Assembly: GCA_963667715.1 (NCBI GenBank)
Contig: OY763926.1
Location: 3,230,177 to 3,294,176, forward strand
Length of the DNA stretch: 64,000 nt
Source of the DNA: Sedimentisphaerales bacterium
GTDB taxonomy: Bacteria > Planctomycetota > Phycisphaerae > Sedimentisphaerales > SM23-30
Reading direction: 5' to 3'
This document shows, one piece after another, positions 38,990 through 50,147 of this stretch (positions are counted from its first letter, which is position 1; the number at the start of each line of letters is the position of its first letter). A program made the position numbers and the translations under genes. The notes beneath the pieces are model-generated. The model saw nothing but the letters and a program-made list of their open reading frames with translations. It ran no database searches and had not been told where the DNA came from.

Positions 38990-40827
38990 TTACCACCACT
39001 TGCTTGAATAACATTTCCTTCTTCTACAGACACTGTGAACACTTTACCATCAATAATGGCTTCAATACCATCGTTCGAAGTGTTTCCGTTCTCCGCAAGC
39101 CTGCCAAGAAAGTTAAGAACTCTTCTAATATCATGTGCATAAAAAGCTTGAGAAATATACCCCATGCCCGCTCTCATAAGATAATCAAATCCCATCAAAT
39201 CCAGACTATAACTAATCTTATCATTTCCCGGCATACTAATTTGGATAATAATTTCTCTTTCAAGCCAATTAACTGTTTTGCTAATACTATTGGGTTCATT
39301 GACACTATTCCAGTTTTGGGATTGACTGACAAGATTAATACTTTTGCTTGGGATCTTACAAGCAACTATTGCAGCTTTGTTAGTCGCATTTCCAAAAGCA
39401 GGGTCAACAAGATACAAAGAAGTCTCTTTTAGCCCAAGATTTAACCCCTGTATTGTATGGAGCCCGGCAATTAGATTTTGTTTAATTTTTGCTTTTCTCG
39501 TAGGTTGATCATCCTGACCTTCAAGTATCCAATAAAAATCATCAGCATATTCAAAACCAAGCCTTTTCGTCATATCTACTTGTCCTACATTGTCAAAGAA
39601 ACTTCTTCTACGTAGTGTTTGAACAATTGTCTGAACCAATTCAGCTTCTCTATTCCTTTCCTGCCTACTTCTTGCATTGCCAATTACTTCATCTATACCA
39701 TTTGAAGCGTCAATTATATCATTGCTTATACCATCTTTGAAACATAGATCAATCTCATTTCCATTGAATATTCCACCTTCATTAATAATATGATCATCTA
39801 TCTCTCTAATTGATATCGCTCCAGGATCAAGAGGGAAAATAGCTGACAACACTGGTATTCTTGAGATTTTATCTTTCGAAATACTTGCAGGTGTTTTGAA
39901 AAGTAGAGAGTGGTACGCATACTCATGTTGCCACCCCTCTTTATTTCTTCTTTTATGCACATCTTTACAAGTAAGCCCTCCGGTAAGTAGATAGGCTACG
40001 ACCATAAGCATCTCACGCAAAGTTATTACTGTGCCCAAACGTTCCGAAATAGAAAAAACTTTTTGCAGGTTATCTATTCTGGAAGGATGTTTTTCATCAA
40101 ATAAAGCATCACGGTTATTTTTTATTGGGCAGCAGTGACTACAGCTGCATTCACTACAAACTTTCCATCTAGTTCCACTTATCCATTTTTGTAAAGTTTC
40201 TCTTATTAAATTATCTTGAATTAAATCAGATGAAATAGATTGATAATTTAAATTAATTATAAACCATTTTCCATTAGAAGTAGCTAAACCGTTAGAAAAT
40301 GAATCATGAAAATCGCTATAAAAACTTGAAACACTTTCATTTTCTTTTATACCAGACTCTAAAATAGCTCTTAATCTTCCTTCATTTACACATATTAAAG
40401 TTATAGCTTCTTCACCAGTAATTGCCTGCTCAAACCTATTCCCCGCAATATCAATAGAAAACTCTGAAAAATCCTTGAAGATCCGTAGAGGCTTAACATC
40501 CAAGCCACTATCAACATGTGAAATAATATCATCACCATTACATTTATCCAATAAAAGCATCCTGGCTGTTTCATCATCATACCCCAAATAACTTTGGAGG
40601 AGCCTTCTGCAAAGATGGGTCTTTCCATGTCCCGCATCACCCGTCAACACTATGGCAACTGGATCTTTTGCTGCCAATACACTCTCTAAATACTCAAGCG
40701 ATTTCGTTTCTAGTTCTAATGAATCTTTTCTTTCTGCATATTCCTCATAAATCTGGTCATGAGAAGGGTCAAAAGGAAGATATTGATGCAACCGTGTAAC
40801 GTGACTATTTGTTTTATTTTCTGCCAT
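38986..40827 (-). CDS. 613-aa P-loop NTPase with a Cys cluster; DptF/SspF-like by position and size (tentative)
   Basis: Walker A is VLTGDAGHGKTHL (about 40618-40650). The Cys cluster is WKVCSECSCSHCCP (40124-40167). It is the first gene of the operon. Confidence 0.75.
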   Translation of the reverse strand: MAENKTNSHVTRLHQYLPFDPSHDQIYEEYAERKDSLELETKSLEYLESVLAAKDPVAIVLTGDAGHGKTHLCRRLLQSYLGYDDETARMLLLDKCNGDDIISHVDSGLDVKPLRIFKDFSEFSIDIAGNRFEQAITGEEAITLICVNEGRLRAILESGIKENESVSSFYSDFHDSFSNGLATSNGKWFIINLNYQSISSDLIQDNLIRETLQKWISGTRWKVCSECSCSHCCPIKNNRDALFDEKHPSRIDNLQKVFSISERLGTVITLREMLMVVAYLLTGGLTCKDVHKRRNKEGWQHEYAYHSLLFKTPASISKDKISRIPVLSAIFPLDPGAISIREIDDHIINEGGIFNGNEIDLCFKDGISNDIIDASNGIDEVIGNARSRQERNREAELVQTIVQTLRRRSFFDNVGQVDMTKRLGFEYADDFYWILEGQDDQPTRKAKIKQNLIAGLHTIQGLNLGLKETSLYLVDPAFGNATNKAAIVACKIPSKSINLVSQSQNWNSVNEPNSISKTVNWLEREIIIQISMPGNDKISYSLDLMGFDYLMRAGMGYISQAFYAHDIRRVLNFLGRLAENGNTSNDGIEAIIDGKVFTVSVEEGNVIQASGGN

Positions 40828-41047
40828 TATATTATCCCATCAAATAGCTGGTAACTTGCTATTTCCAACTCAAATCATATTGCCTCAATAAACAAATACC
40901 CTAGAGTTAGCTAAGTTTATCGCATATTTTTAACATGAAAGTTCAATGGTAACAATATGCTATATTTGTATCAATAAAAAAGCACACAAATTAATAGAAA
41001 ACAAGGGTTTACATCAATCCACACGAACTTCTAATTACTATTCTGTC

Positions 41048-41120
41048 AGTAATATATCCTAATATGGTCTTTTTTGGACTAATATATAATAATAAATACT
41101 ATTTAATACTAATATATCAT
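41048..41120 (+). repeat. Three phased direct repeats in the divergent promoter region
   Basis: agtaatatatc at 41048, actaatatata at 41078 and actaatatatc at 41108, exactly 30 bp apart. Confidence 0.55.
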
Positions 41121-41192
41121 AATTGATTTATTAGTACTAAACGTGTAAAATACTTATATATTAACTTTTAGCAGATAGGATATTATAGCTTT

Positions 41193-41393
41193 ATGCCGGA
41201 AAAATGGGTTACAGTTCAAGACATTGCCGATCACCTCGGAATCAAAAAGGATACAGTTTACAAGTGGATCAAAACCAAAAACATGCCTCACCACAAAATA
41301 GGAAGGTTAGTTAAATTTCAGATATCTGAAATAGATCAATGGGTAAAGGAAGGCAAAGCTGCTTCAAATTTCGAAAATGGAAAGGATAATTAA
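41193..41393 (+). CDS. Excisionase/AlpA-type helix-turn-helix DNA-binding protein
   Basis: 66 aa. The sequence WVTVQDIADHLGIKKDTVYKWIKTKNMPHHKIGRLVKFQISEIDQWV is typical of excisionase-family HTH proteins. Confidence 0.75.
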   Translation: MPEKWVTVQDIADHLGIKKDTVYKWIKTKNMPHHKIGRLVKFQISEIDQWVKEGKAASNFENGKDN

Positions 41394-41395
41394 AC

Positions 41396-41791
41396 ATGGG
41401 TTATACTCTACACTGGGAAAGAAAACCTGAGTTATCAGCAGAAAAATTTGCTGAAGCAGTGGAAAAATGCCGTACTGTCACAAATTCCCTTGGTATTAAT
41501 ATAGCTGGAATCGAATGTCAAGGCGAACCTGTATTCGCTAAAGACCAGATTGCATTTAATGGAGCAGTGGGAGAAGGGTGTGAACCATTTATTTTTGACA
41601 GAATTAAAACTCCAAGACCGGGCAGAGAAGTGTCTTATGGATTTTGTAAAACACAATTTCTGCCATATAGAATAGCGGTACAATGCTGCCTGATTATACT
41701 ACAGAGATATTTTGCCGACGAAATGATAATTATTTCCGACGAAGCAGATCCAAACGATTGGGACGAAGCCTATGATTTGTGTAATAAGTAA
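41396..41791 (+). CDS. Hypothetical protein
   Basis: 131-aa ORF starting 2 nt after the Xis-like gene stop, in the same orientation. Confidence 0.55.
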   Translation: MGYTLHWERKPELSAEKFAEAVEKCRTVTNSLGINIAGIECQGEPVFAKDQIAFNGAVGEGCEPFIFDRIKTPRPGREVSYGFCKTQFLPYRIAVQCCLIILQRYFADEMIIISDEADPNDWDEAYDLCNK

Positions 41792-42150
41792 GGAAAATAA
41801 CCCAATTACCATAGATGCCACCCCTGCCTTTTTTGATATCACCATAACACATAACCCTGGGACTCCTAGAAATTGACTTTTCAAATCAGAAAAAAAAGAA
41901 TTTTTTAAGAATAAAAATAATACTTATTCTAGCAGATCCTGCTCACTATATTACAATGCTGCTAAAACGCTTCAATCTCACCCCTGTTGAACGATGTTAA
42001 CAATAAAGGTAAAAGTATATCGGCAACAATCTACGCCAAGGAAGCCGCCTTGGGGTGTTTTTAGCAAGTAGAAACCCTACTAGATTAGATTTCTTCAACA
42101 AGTATAGTAGTAGGCATTATACATAACCCCAAGTTGAAGGATTTTATAGT

Positions 42151-42291
42151 ATGAACCAGTATGAAATACATTTTATAATTAATGGAAAGAGCTTTTCTGA
42201 AATCATTACTAGCCGTGATTTAGGTGATGCAAAAAGGTTGTTACTTATGCGATATGCAGGAGCTAAAATCACCTCAATAACCAAGGTGTAA
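42151..42291 (+). CDS. Small hypothetical protein (46 aa), below the ORF-track cutoff
   Basis: My own translation is MNQYEIHFIINGKSFSEIITSRDLGDAKRLLLMRYAGAKITSITKV. The RBS-like gaagga lies at 42136-42141. A hairpin (tagggcg/cgcccta) plus T-run follows. Confidence 0.35.
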   Translation: MNQYEIHFIINGKSFSEIITSRDLGDAKRLLLMRYAGAKITSITKV

Positions 42292-42361
42292 AAACAACAA
42301 CCTCTAGGGCGTATAAATATCGCCCTAAAGGTCTATTTTTTTACGAATATTTGTCTAAATA

Positions 42362-42535
42362 TTAATAATTTTCGATATCAGCCCACAATTCTTTCTCAAA
42401 TTTCCCAGTTATGAATAATAAATATTCTAACTTAGTAAAAGCCTCATTGTCGTCTCCTATTCGATCCAGATTCTTAAATTCATCAATAAGTATCTCCATT
42501 TTACTTAAATATTCGTAAGCTTTACATCTTGTCAT
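42362..42535 (-). CDS. Small hypothetical protein (57 aa from an internal ATG; the track ORF extends to 42619)
   Basis: The ATG at 42535 is preceded by acaggagaaaagaat on the coding strand. No motif recognised. Confidence 0.4.
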   Translation of the reverse strand: MTRCKAYEYLSKMEILIDEFKNLDRIGDDNEAFTKLEYLLFITGKFEKELWADIENY

Positions 42536-42826
42536 ATTCTTTTCTCCTGTGTTATAATTGACAATTTTTCTTATAATTGAAATTCGGAATAACCATATTT
42601 TTCCCTTAATTTTGTGCATCCACCTTGCCCAATATAAAATTAAATTCTAATTAAATAGAATCCTCACACTTCCTATTTTAGCCAATTTTAACAAAAATCA
42701 AAAAATGCCATATTTACCCAAATTTGCCTTAAATTTTCACACATTAAATTTAGCTATAAACCACACAAAAACCTTTATTATATACAAGAAAAGGGCTATA
42801 ACTTTACTGGCTTAGCTCTTTGATAG

Positions 42827-42845
42827 GTACAGATGAAGGTACAGA
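42827..42845 (+). promoter_or_regulatory. Tandem GTACAGA arm-type site candidates (right arm)
   Basis: GTACAGA occurs at 42827 and 42839, 12 bp apart, 46-64 bp inside attR. It mirrors the pair at 25251/25263. Confidence 0.5.
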
Positions 42846-42890
42846 TTTTGGAAAAAGTGACCCTTGTTTTTGGGCGTATAAAGCGGAAAA

Positions 42891-42915
42891 AAAGAAAACA
42901 TCGGGAACACTTGGC
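42891..42915 (+). repeat. attR core direct repeat
   Basis: Identical to 25124-25148. Confidence 0.8.
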
Positions 42916-42929
42916 ACCCCGATGTTTTC
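42894..42929. other. 12-bp-stem hairpin that contains the attachment core (presumed attB structure)
   Basis: gaaaacatcggg (42894-42905) pairs perfectly with cccgatgttttc (42918-42929) around a 12-nt loop. The direct repeat covers the left arm and most of the loop. Confidence 0.6.
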
Positions 42930-43007
42930 CGGAGGGGAGAAAACTTTACTTAATCTATCGACAGTGGTTCTAAAATCACTTTAATGTTTATACTTTTTTT
43001 GTAAAAT

Positions 43008-43757
43008 ATGAGAATGAACAGAGAAATAATACTAAATATGAAGGGAATTTCCTTCAATCGCAGCAAAAAAGCAATTCTAACAGATCTAAATTTCCAAATA
43101 GAAACAAGAAATCACTTAGCGATAATAGGCCCCAATGGAGCCGGAAAGACAACATTAATTAAGATAATAGCCGGAATTGAATATCCATCCTCTGGCACGA
43201 TCGAATATTATGGACAAAGTCGAGGCCACTTCGATTTCAGAAAATTTAGGCAAAAAATATCAACAATAAGCCAAGCCGGAAAAAAACTTGTAAATGGCTG
43301 GCAAAAAGGTATTGATATTGTAACAACTGGACTAGACAATAGTTACAGCCAATATAGAGAATATACAAAAGAAGAATATGAACATTCCATAGTGCAGATG
43401 AGACAAGTAAACTGTATAGAATGTGCGGATAAGCCATTTGATATACTATCAGAAGGCCAACAACAAAGAGTGATGATCGCTCGTGCCCTGGTAAATAAAC
43501 CAGAAATATTGATTCTAGACGAACCGTGTAATGGACTTGACCCTGCTGGTAGACGAAAGCTGGCAAATGATATACAAACACTCGCAGAAAAACCTGAAGG
43601 ACCTACCATTATATACATTACTCACTATATGGAAGAAATATACCCATATATTTATAAAGTACTTGCAATAAAAGCAGGAAAGCAATTTTCATATACCAGC
43701 CCTGAAGAGACACTCACTCAAAAAAATCTAAGCAGACTTTTTGATTATGAATTATAA
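43008..43757 (+). CDS. ABC transporter ATP-binding protein
   Basis: 249 aa with Walker A GPNGAGKTT, signature LSEGQQQRV and Walker B ILILDEP. No permease gene is adjacent. Confidence 0.85.
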   Translation: MRMNREIILNMKGISFNRSKKAILTDLNFQIETRNHLAIIGPNGAGKTTLIKIIAGIEYPSSGTIEYYGQSRGHFDFRKFRQKISTISQAGKKLVNGWQKGIDIVTTGLDNSYSQYREYTKEEYEHSIVQMRQVNCIECADKPFDILSEGQQQRVMIARALVNKPEILILDEPCNGLDPAGRRKLANDIQTLAEKPEGPTIIYITHYMEEIYPYIYKVLAIKAGKQFSYTSPEETLTQKNLSRLFDYEL

Positions 43758-43788
43758 ATCGAAATTGGCTGCGTATTTCTAACTTTGA

Positions 43789-43806
43789 GACAAGGCATGC
43801 CTTGTC
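43789..43806. terminator. 18-nt perfect palindrome downstream of the ABC ATPase gene
   Basis: gacaaggcatgccttgtc is self-complementary. It lacks a clear T-run, so terminator function is uncertain. Confidence 0.3.
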
Positions 43807-43842
43807 GCTATATGGCGATTGATATTAAATGAGAAAGGTAGT

Positions 43843-43886
43843 TTAAAAAGATCAAGGCCCTCAAGCAATTAAGCTCAAGGGCCTTG
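43843..43886 (-). terminator. Rho-independent terminator of the 23S-5S unit
   Basis: caaggccc (43853-43860) pairs with gggccttg (43879-43886). On the minus strand the hairpin is followed by atcttttt. Confidence 0.6.
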
Positions 43887-43890
43887 TTAA

Positions 43891-44002
43891 AAGTTGGCGG
43901 CAACTTACTTTCACGCTCACGCACTATCATCAGCGTAAGTGCCTTAGCTTCTGAGTTCGGAAAGGGATCAGGCGTTTCACACTTACTATGACCACCAACA
44001 GT
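43891..44002 (-). rRNA. rrf: 5S ribosomal RNA
   Basis: The reverse complement reads tgttggtggtcatagtaagtgtgaaacgcctgatccctttccgaactcagaagctaaggc...gttgccgccaac. It contains the conserved CCGAACUCAGAAG box and a helix I closing pairing. Ends are approximate. Confidence 0.85.
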
Positions 44003-44117
44003 TCGATAGAACAGTCACCAAGGACTGATTCATTACTGTATTGTATCAAAAAATATGAGGTAAAGTTATCTAAATTATAAGGTTATATATATTCTGCGTT
44101 CTACACAACCATTCATT

Positions 44118-44147
44118 CTTAACCGTATGGTACAGTTCAAAAATAAT

Positions 44148-44150
<3 letters not shown>
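44118..44150 (-). other. 23S trailer half of the processing stem
   Basis: cttaaccgtatggtacagttcaaaaataatgtg is near-reverse-complementary to 47005-47041. This includes a 19-bp run (two G-U pairs) adjacent to the mature ends. Confidence 0.6.
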
Positions 44151-47004
<2,854 letters not shown>

Positions 47005-47005
<1 letters not shown>

Positions 47006-47041
47006 ACATTATTTCTAAACTGTGGCCCATACGCTCTTAAG
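47005..47041 (-). other. 23S leader half of the processing stem
   Basis: See 44118-44150; the two segments pair to enclose the mature 23S. Confidence 0.6.
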
Positions 47042-47283
47042 AACTAAATCGGTTGTATTTGTTTTACAAATTACAATGCTTGTTTTTGGATTCAAATGAA
47101 ATCTTATTTTAGTAATTCTTCGCAAGACAGTTAATCATTACCACCAACATAAGCCAGTGACAACAACTAACAACTTTTCGTATAAATCTTACAATTTATT
47201 ACCTCTACCTCATATTCAGTTTTCAAAGAACTTTTTTCTCTTGACTAGGTCACTTATTGTCGTGTCCTTGTCTTGAGTCACAA

Positions 47284-47312
47284 ATATTAACCGCAATATG
47301 ATTTACAGTCAA
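47284..47312 (-). promoter_or_regulatory. Candidate sigma70-type promoter of the 23S-5S unit
   Basis: On the minus strand: TTGACT (47312-47307), a 17-nt spacer, TAATAT (47289-47284), with an A/T-rich UP-like tract upstream. It sits about 270 nt upstream of the 23S 5' end. Confidence 0.45.
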
Positions 47313-49087
47313 CAAGGTTTTTCAGGTTTTTTTAATATTTTCTTAATATCGCTATTTTCAACACAGAAACGCAGTTTTATTGTGAATATATATATCAAAA
47401 ACTTTCAAATAACCTTTATCTTCACTATTAAAAACTTAATAATTGCCGAATATACTTCAAAAATCATGCAATACTTTTTTGGAATACTGCTTTTAAGCTT
47501 ATGATTGTTAGTGTTTTATAGCATGGCTACAATGAATACTACTCTGTTCTACCCATTATTTAGCTATTGTAGTATCCAAAAGCTATCACTTTAATAGCTA
47601 GACCATTCTATTTAGCTTTATCGGCCTTTTACCTAATACAGTGCCCAAAACTCAATACTAATTCTGCATTACAATACGCAGTAAGGCAATATACTTAATC
47701 AAACACCTTTAACCGCCCTGCCTATTGCATGTATGTATTCATATAATACTTTATTGTTCGTTAACTGTACTACAATATCTGCTAGCTAATTCATTATCGT
47801 AATCTACAGTTCGAGTGCTTTATTTATACATTTTGATTTAAGTATACAATTATTAGTGCTCGTAATATCAACCCTAAATGTGTGTCCCTAATATATTTCT
47901 TCTGTAAAAATGGTCATATGAGTACGTAGCGATAATACTAATTCAAATTTAATGCAGCATGCTGGCATTCAGCGGATGCTGATTTTATGAAGTGTGGTAC
48001 GTCATTTTGAAATGTCAATTGCTCATTATATACCTAAGTAACTAAAGGCATTTTACTATTTTTGTTATTGTATAATGACTATAATCTAACTGTATAGCTT
48101 TTTCATTTTATTCACACAGGTGCTTTTAATAGTTTGTTATTAATACGAAACATTTTGTCAAGCAAAACAGCCAAGAAATGCCACTGCGTGTATTAGGTAT
48201 CCAGTTTGGAGATTGTTGCATTACATTTATTTGTTCTAATATCTAATGTAAAATTCAGGTAAATAATTGAATTTCTAATGAATATACATAGACCTATAAT
48301 TGATTTATTATAACATTTAAAACCCATTTATCATTTTCGCAATTGAGTTCCTAAAACTATTAACACTTAGTAACAAACTTGTAATATCATGCTAAATTCT
48401 GCAATCCTAAGCCTCAAGTGAAGCTATTTATAAAGAATAAGTCCAAAACTAAACATAAGAACCTTATTAACTGACACTTAAACAAATATAGCGTATAAGA
48501 AACTAAGACATACACATACACATATGGGCACACCAGAATAGCTATTTTTCACACTTAAAACCCATTTGCATTGTCTATTTTGGTTTTTTTGCCACCAAAT
48601 TAAGAATGAATATTTTAAAATCGTTATAGATAATTAACGTTTTTTTAACAAATAACTCTATAAAAACTTTTATTAGCTATAGGAAAATATTATAATTAGG
48701 ATATATACTTAATGAGAATTTATCTTTTTAATAGGCCGTCCATGATAAAACGGCAAAATGATATCAAATACAAATATCAAATATAAATGTATTCGATACT
48801 TTTAAAAGTGCAAAACGCAAACGTAGTATGAATTTAGGTATACTACTAAGTCCCTGGCAATCACACCACCAAGAACCTCTTGGTCATTAAAGAATACTAA
48901 TTACCAGAGTGCAGCCTGCCGGCAACTAGCCGACCCACGACAATCAAACCTGTAATAAATAGTTATAGCAAACAATTTAAGTAAGAGTCAAAACGCAATA
49001 AGCAGCAATGTTTTTATATATTGTTGTAATATCGTGCGTGTAAATACCACCTTAAATTTGGATTGTAATAAAAGGAAAGCAGAAAGT

Positions 49088-49972
49088 ATGTCATTAAAAG
49101 GAACAAACAGCCAAACAAACATAAACAATGAGAAAGTTGTTGTTTATGCTCAGCCCAAGCTGGAGGTTCCTGTCTCATCCCCTGCTACGGCAAAAGAATC
49201 GGCACCAAAGGATAATACCCTATGTTCACGTTTTGAGCTTAAGTATCGAATTCGTGAAGCAAAGGCCAGAGCAATAGCTCAGTATGTTCAGGCATATATG
49301 GAACCTGATAAATATTCACTTAAATGTCCGGACATGCAGTATTATATATCTAGTCTATATCTTGATTCCGACAGACTTGACCTATGCCGAGAAACAATAG
49401 AGAAAAAGACTAACCGATTTAAACTGCGTATACGTTGTTATGACGACAACCCAAATTCTCCATGTTTTGTAGAGATTAAACGTAGACTAAACAGCGTAAT
49501 CCATAAAGGCCGTGCTAGAGCAGATAAGTCTGAAATAGCAAACATACTCCGTGGTCATAGCATGGCGATGGATACTGGCAAAGATAAAGTGGTAATGGAT
49601 CAATTCCAGTACTATGTAAGATCTTTACATGCTCGTCCGGTAGTATTAGTTCGCTATATGCGTCAGGCTTTTGAAGACACTTCCCAGAACAGGGTCCGTA
49701 TAACCTTTGACCGGAAGTTAGCATATAGAGCATCAAGAAGGCCAGAGCTCAGCGTACATGGTAATGGCTGGCGAGAGGTACCAATGGATTTTGTCGTCCT
49801 AGAAATAAAGTTCACAGACAAATATCCTGCATGGCTAAATGACATGACTAAAATGTTTGATCTGAAACAGACTTCAATGTCTAAGTATGTTTCTACGGTA
49901 AGACAGTCATGTTCATTAGGTTTTTGTGCCCCGATGAGCAGTAGAGATATGTATCGTAATCCAAATAGCTAA
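49088..49972 (+). CDS. VTC-domain (polyphosphate polymerase-like, CYTH/TTM fold) protein
   Basis: It shows the alternating charged beta-strand pattern FELKYRI, RFKLRIRCY, FVEIKRR, RITFDRKLAY, VLEIKF. I trimmed the ORF to the ATG at 49088; the track start at 49034 is a GTG. Confidence 0.75.
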   Translation: MSLKGTNSQTNINNEKVVVYAQPKLEVPVSSPATAKESAPKDNTLCSRFELKYRIREAKARAIAQYVQAYMEPDKYSLKCPDMQYYISSLYLDSDRLDLCRETIEKKTNRFKLRIRCYDDNPNSPCFVEIKRRLNSVIHKGRARADKSEIANILRGHSMAMDTGKDKVVMDQFQYYVRSLHARPVVLVRYMRQAFEDTSQNRVRITFDRKLAYRASRRPELSVHGNGWREVPMDFVVLEIKFTDKYPAWLNDMTKMFDLKQTSMSKYVSTVRQSCSLGFCAPMSSRDMYRNPNS

Positions 49973-50147
49973 TAACCTGCTACAACGATTAACAAATGAA
50001 TTGTGTTTAAGAATTAGGACAAAGAACAAACAATATTTAACCAAGAGTAATATCTGTTTTTTGGTTAAACAGGTCCTTAATTCAATATAAAAAAAACCGC
50101 CACAAAAATGGCTAACAAATACTGAAGTCAACTTGGAGACAAGCCGC

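Larger units (their letters stand above)
25124..42915. mobile_element. Integrative island of about 17.8 kb (integrase, replication module, resolvase, defence-like cargo, Xis)
   Basis: It is bounded by 25-bp perfect direct repeats, has an integrase next to the left repeat and an excisionase-like HTH near the right end. The flanks are housekeeping genes. By eye the island looks more AT-rich than the flanks (not computed). Confidence 0.75.

Noticed and set aside
42880-42960. A tRNA, tmRNA or other known ncRNA gene as the integration target
   Set aside because: Only a single hairpin is present. There are no acceptor or T-arm features (no GTTCGAATC-like box). I did not recognise a cloverleaf on either strand.
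47298-47504. A 68-aa ORF in the region upstream of the 23S gene
   Set aside because: Its sequence is low-complexity and Ile/Phe-rich, in very AT-rich DNA. It overlaps the candidate rRNA promoter on the other strand.
47006-49033. A 16S rRNA gene or tRNA-Ile/tRNA-Ala upstream of the 23S
   Set aside because: I saw no conserved 16S 3'-end blocks (for example the anti-SD region) and no tRNA-like sequences. The region is AT-rich with low complexity.
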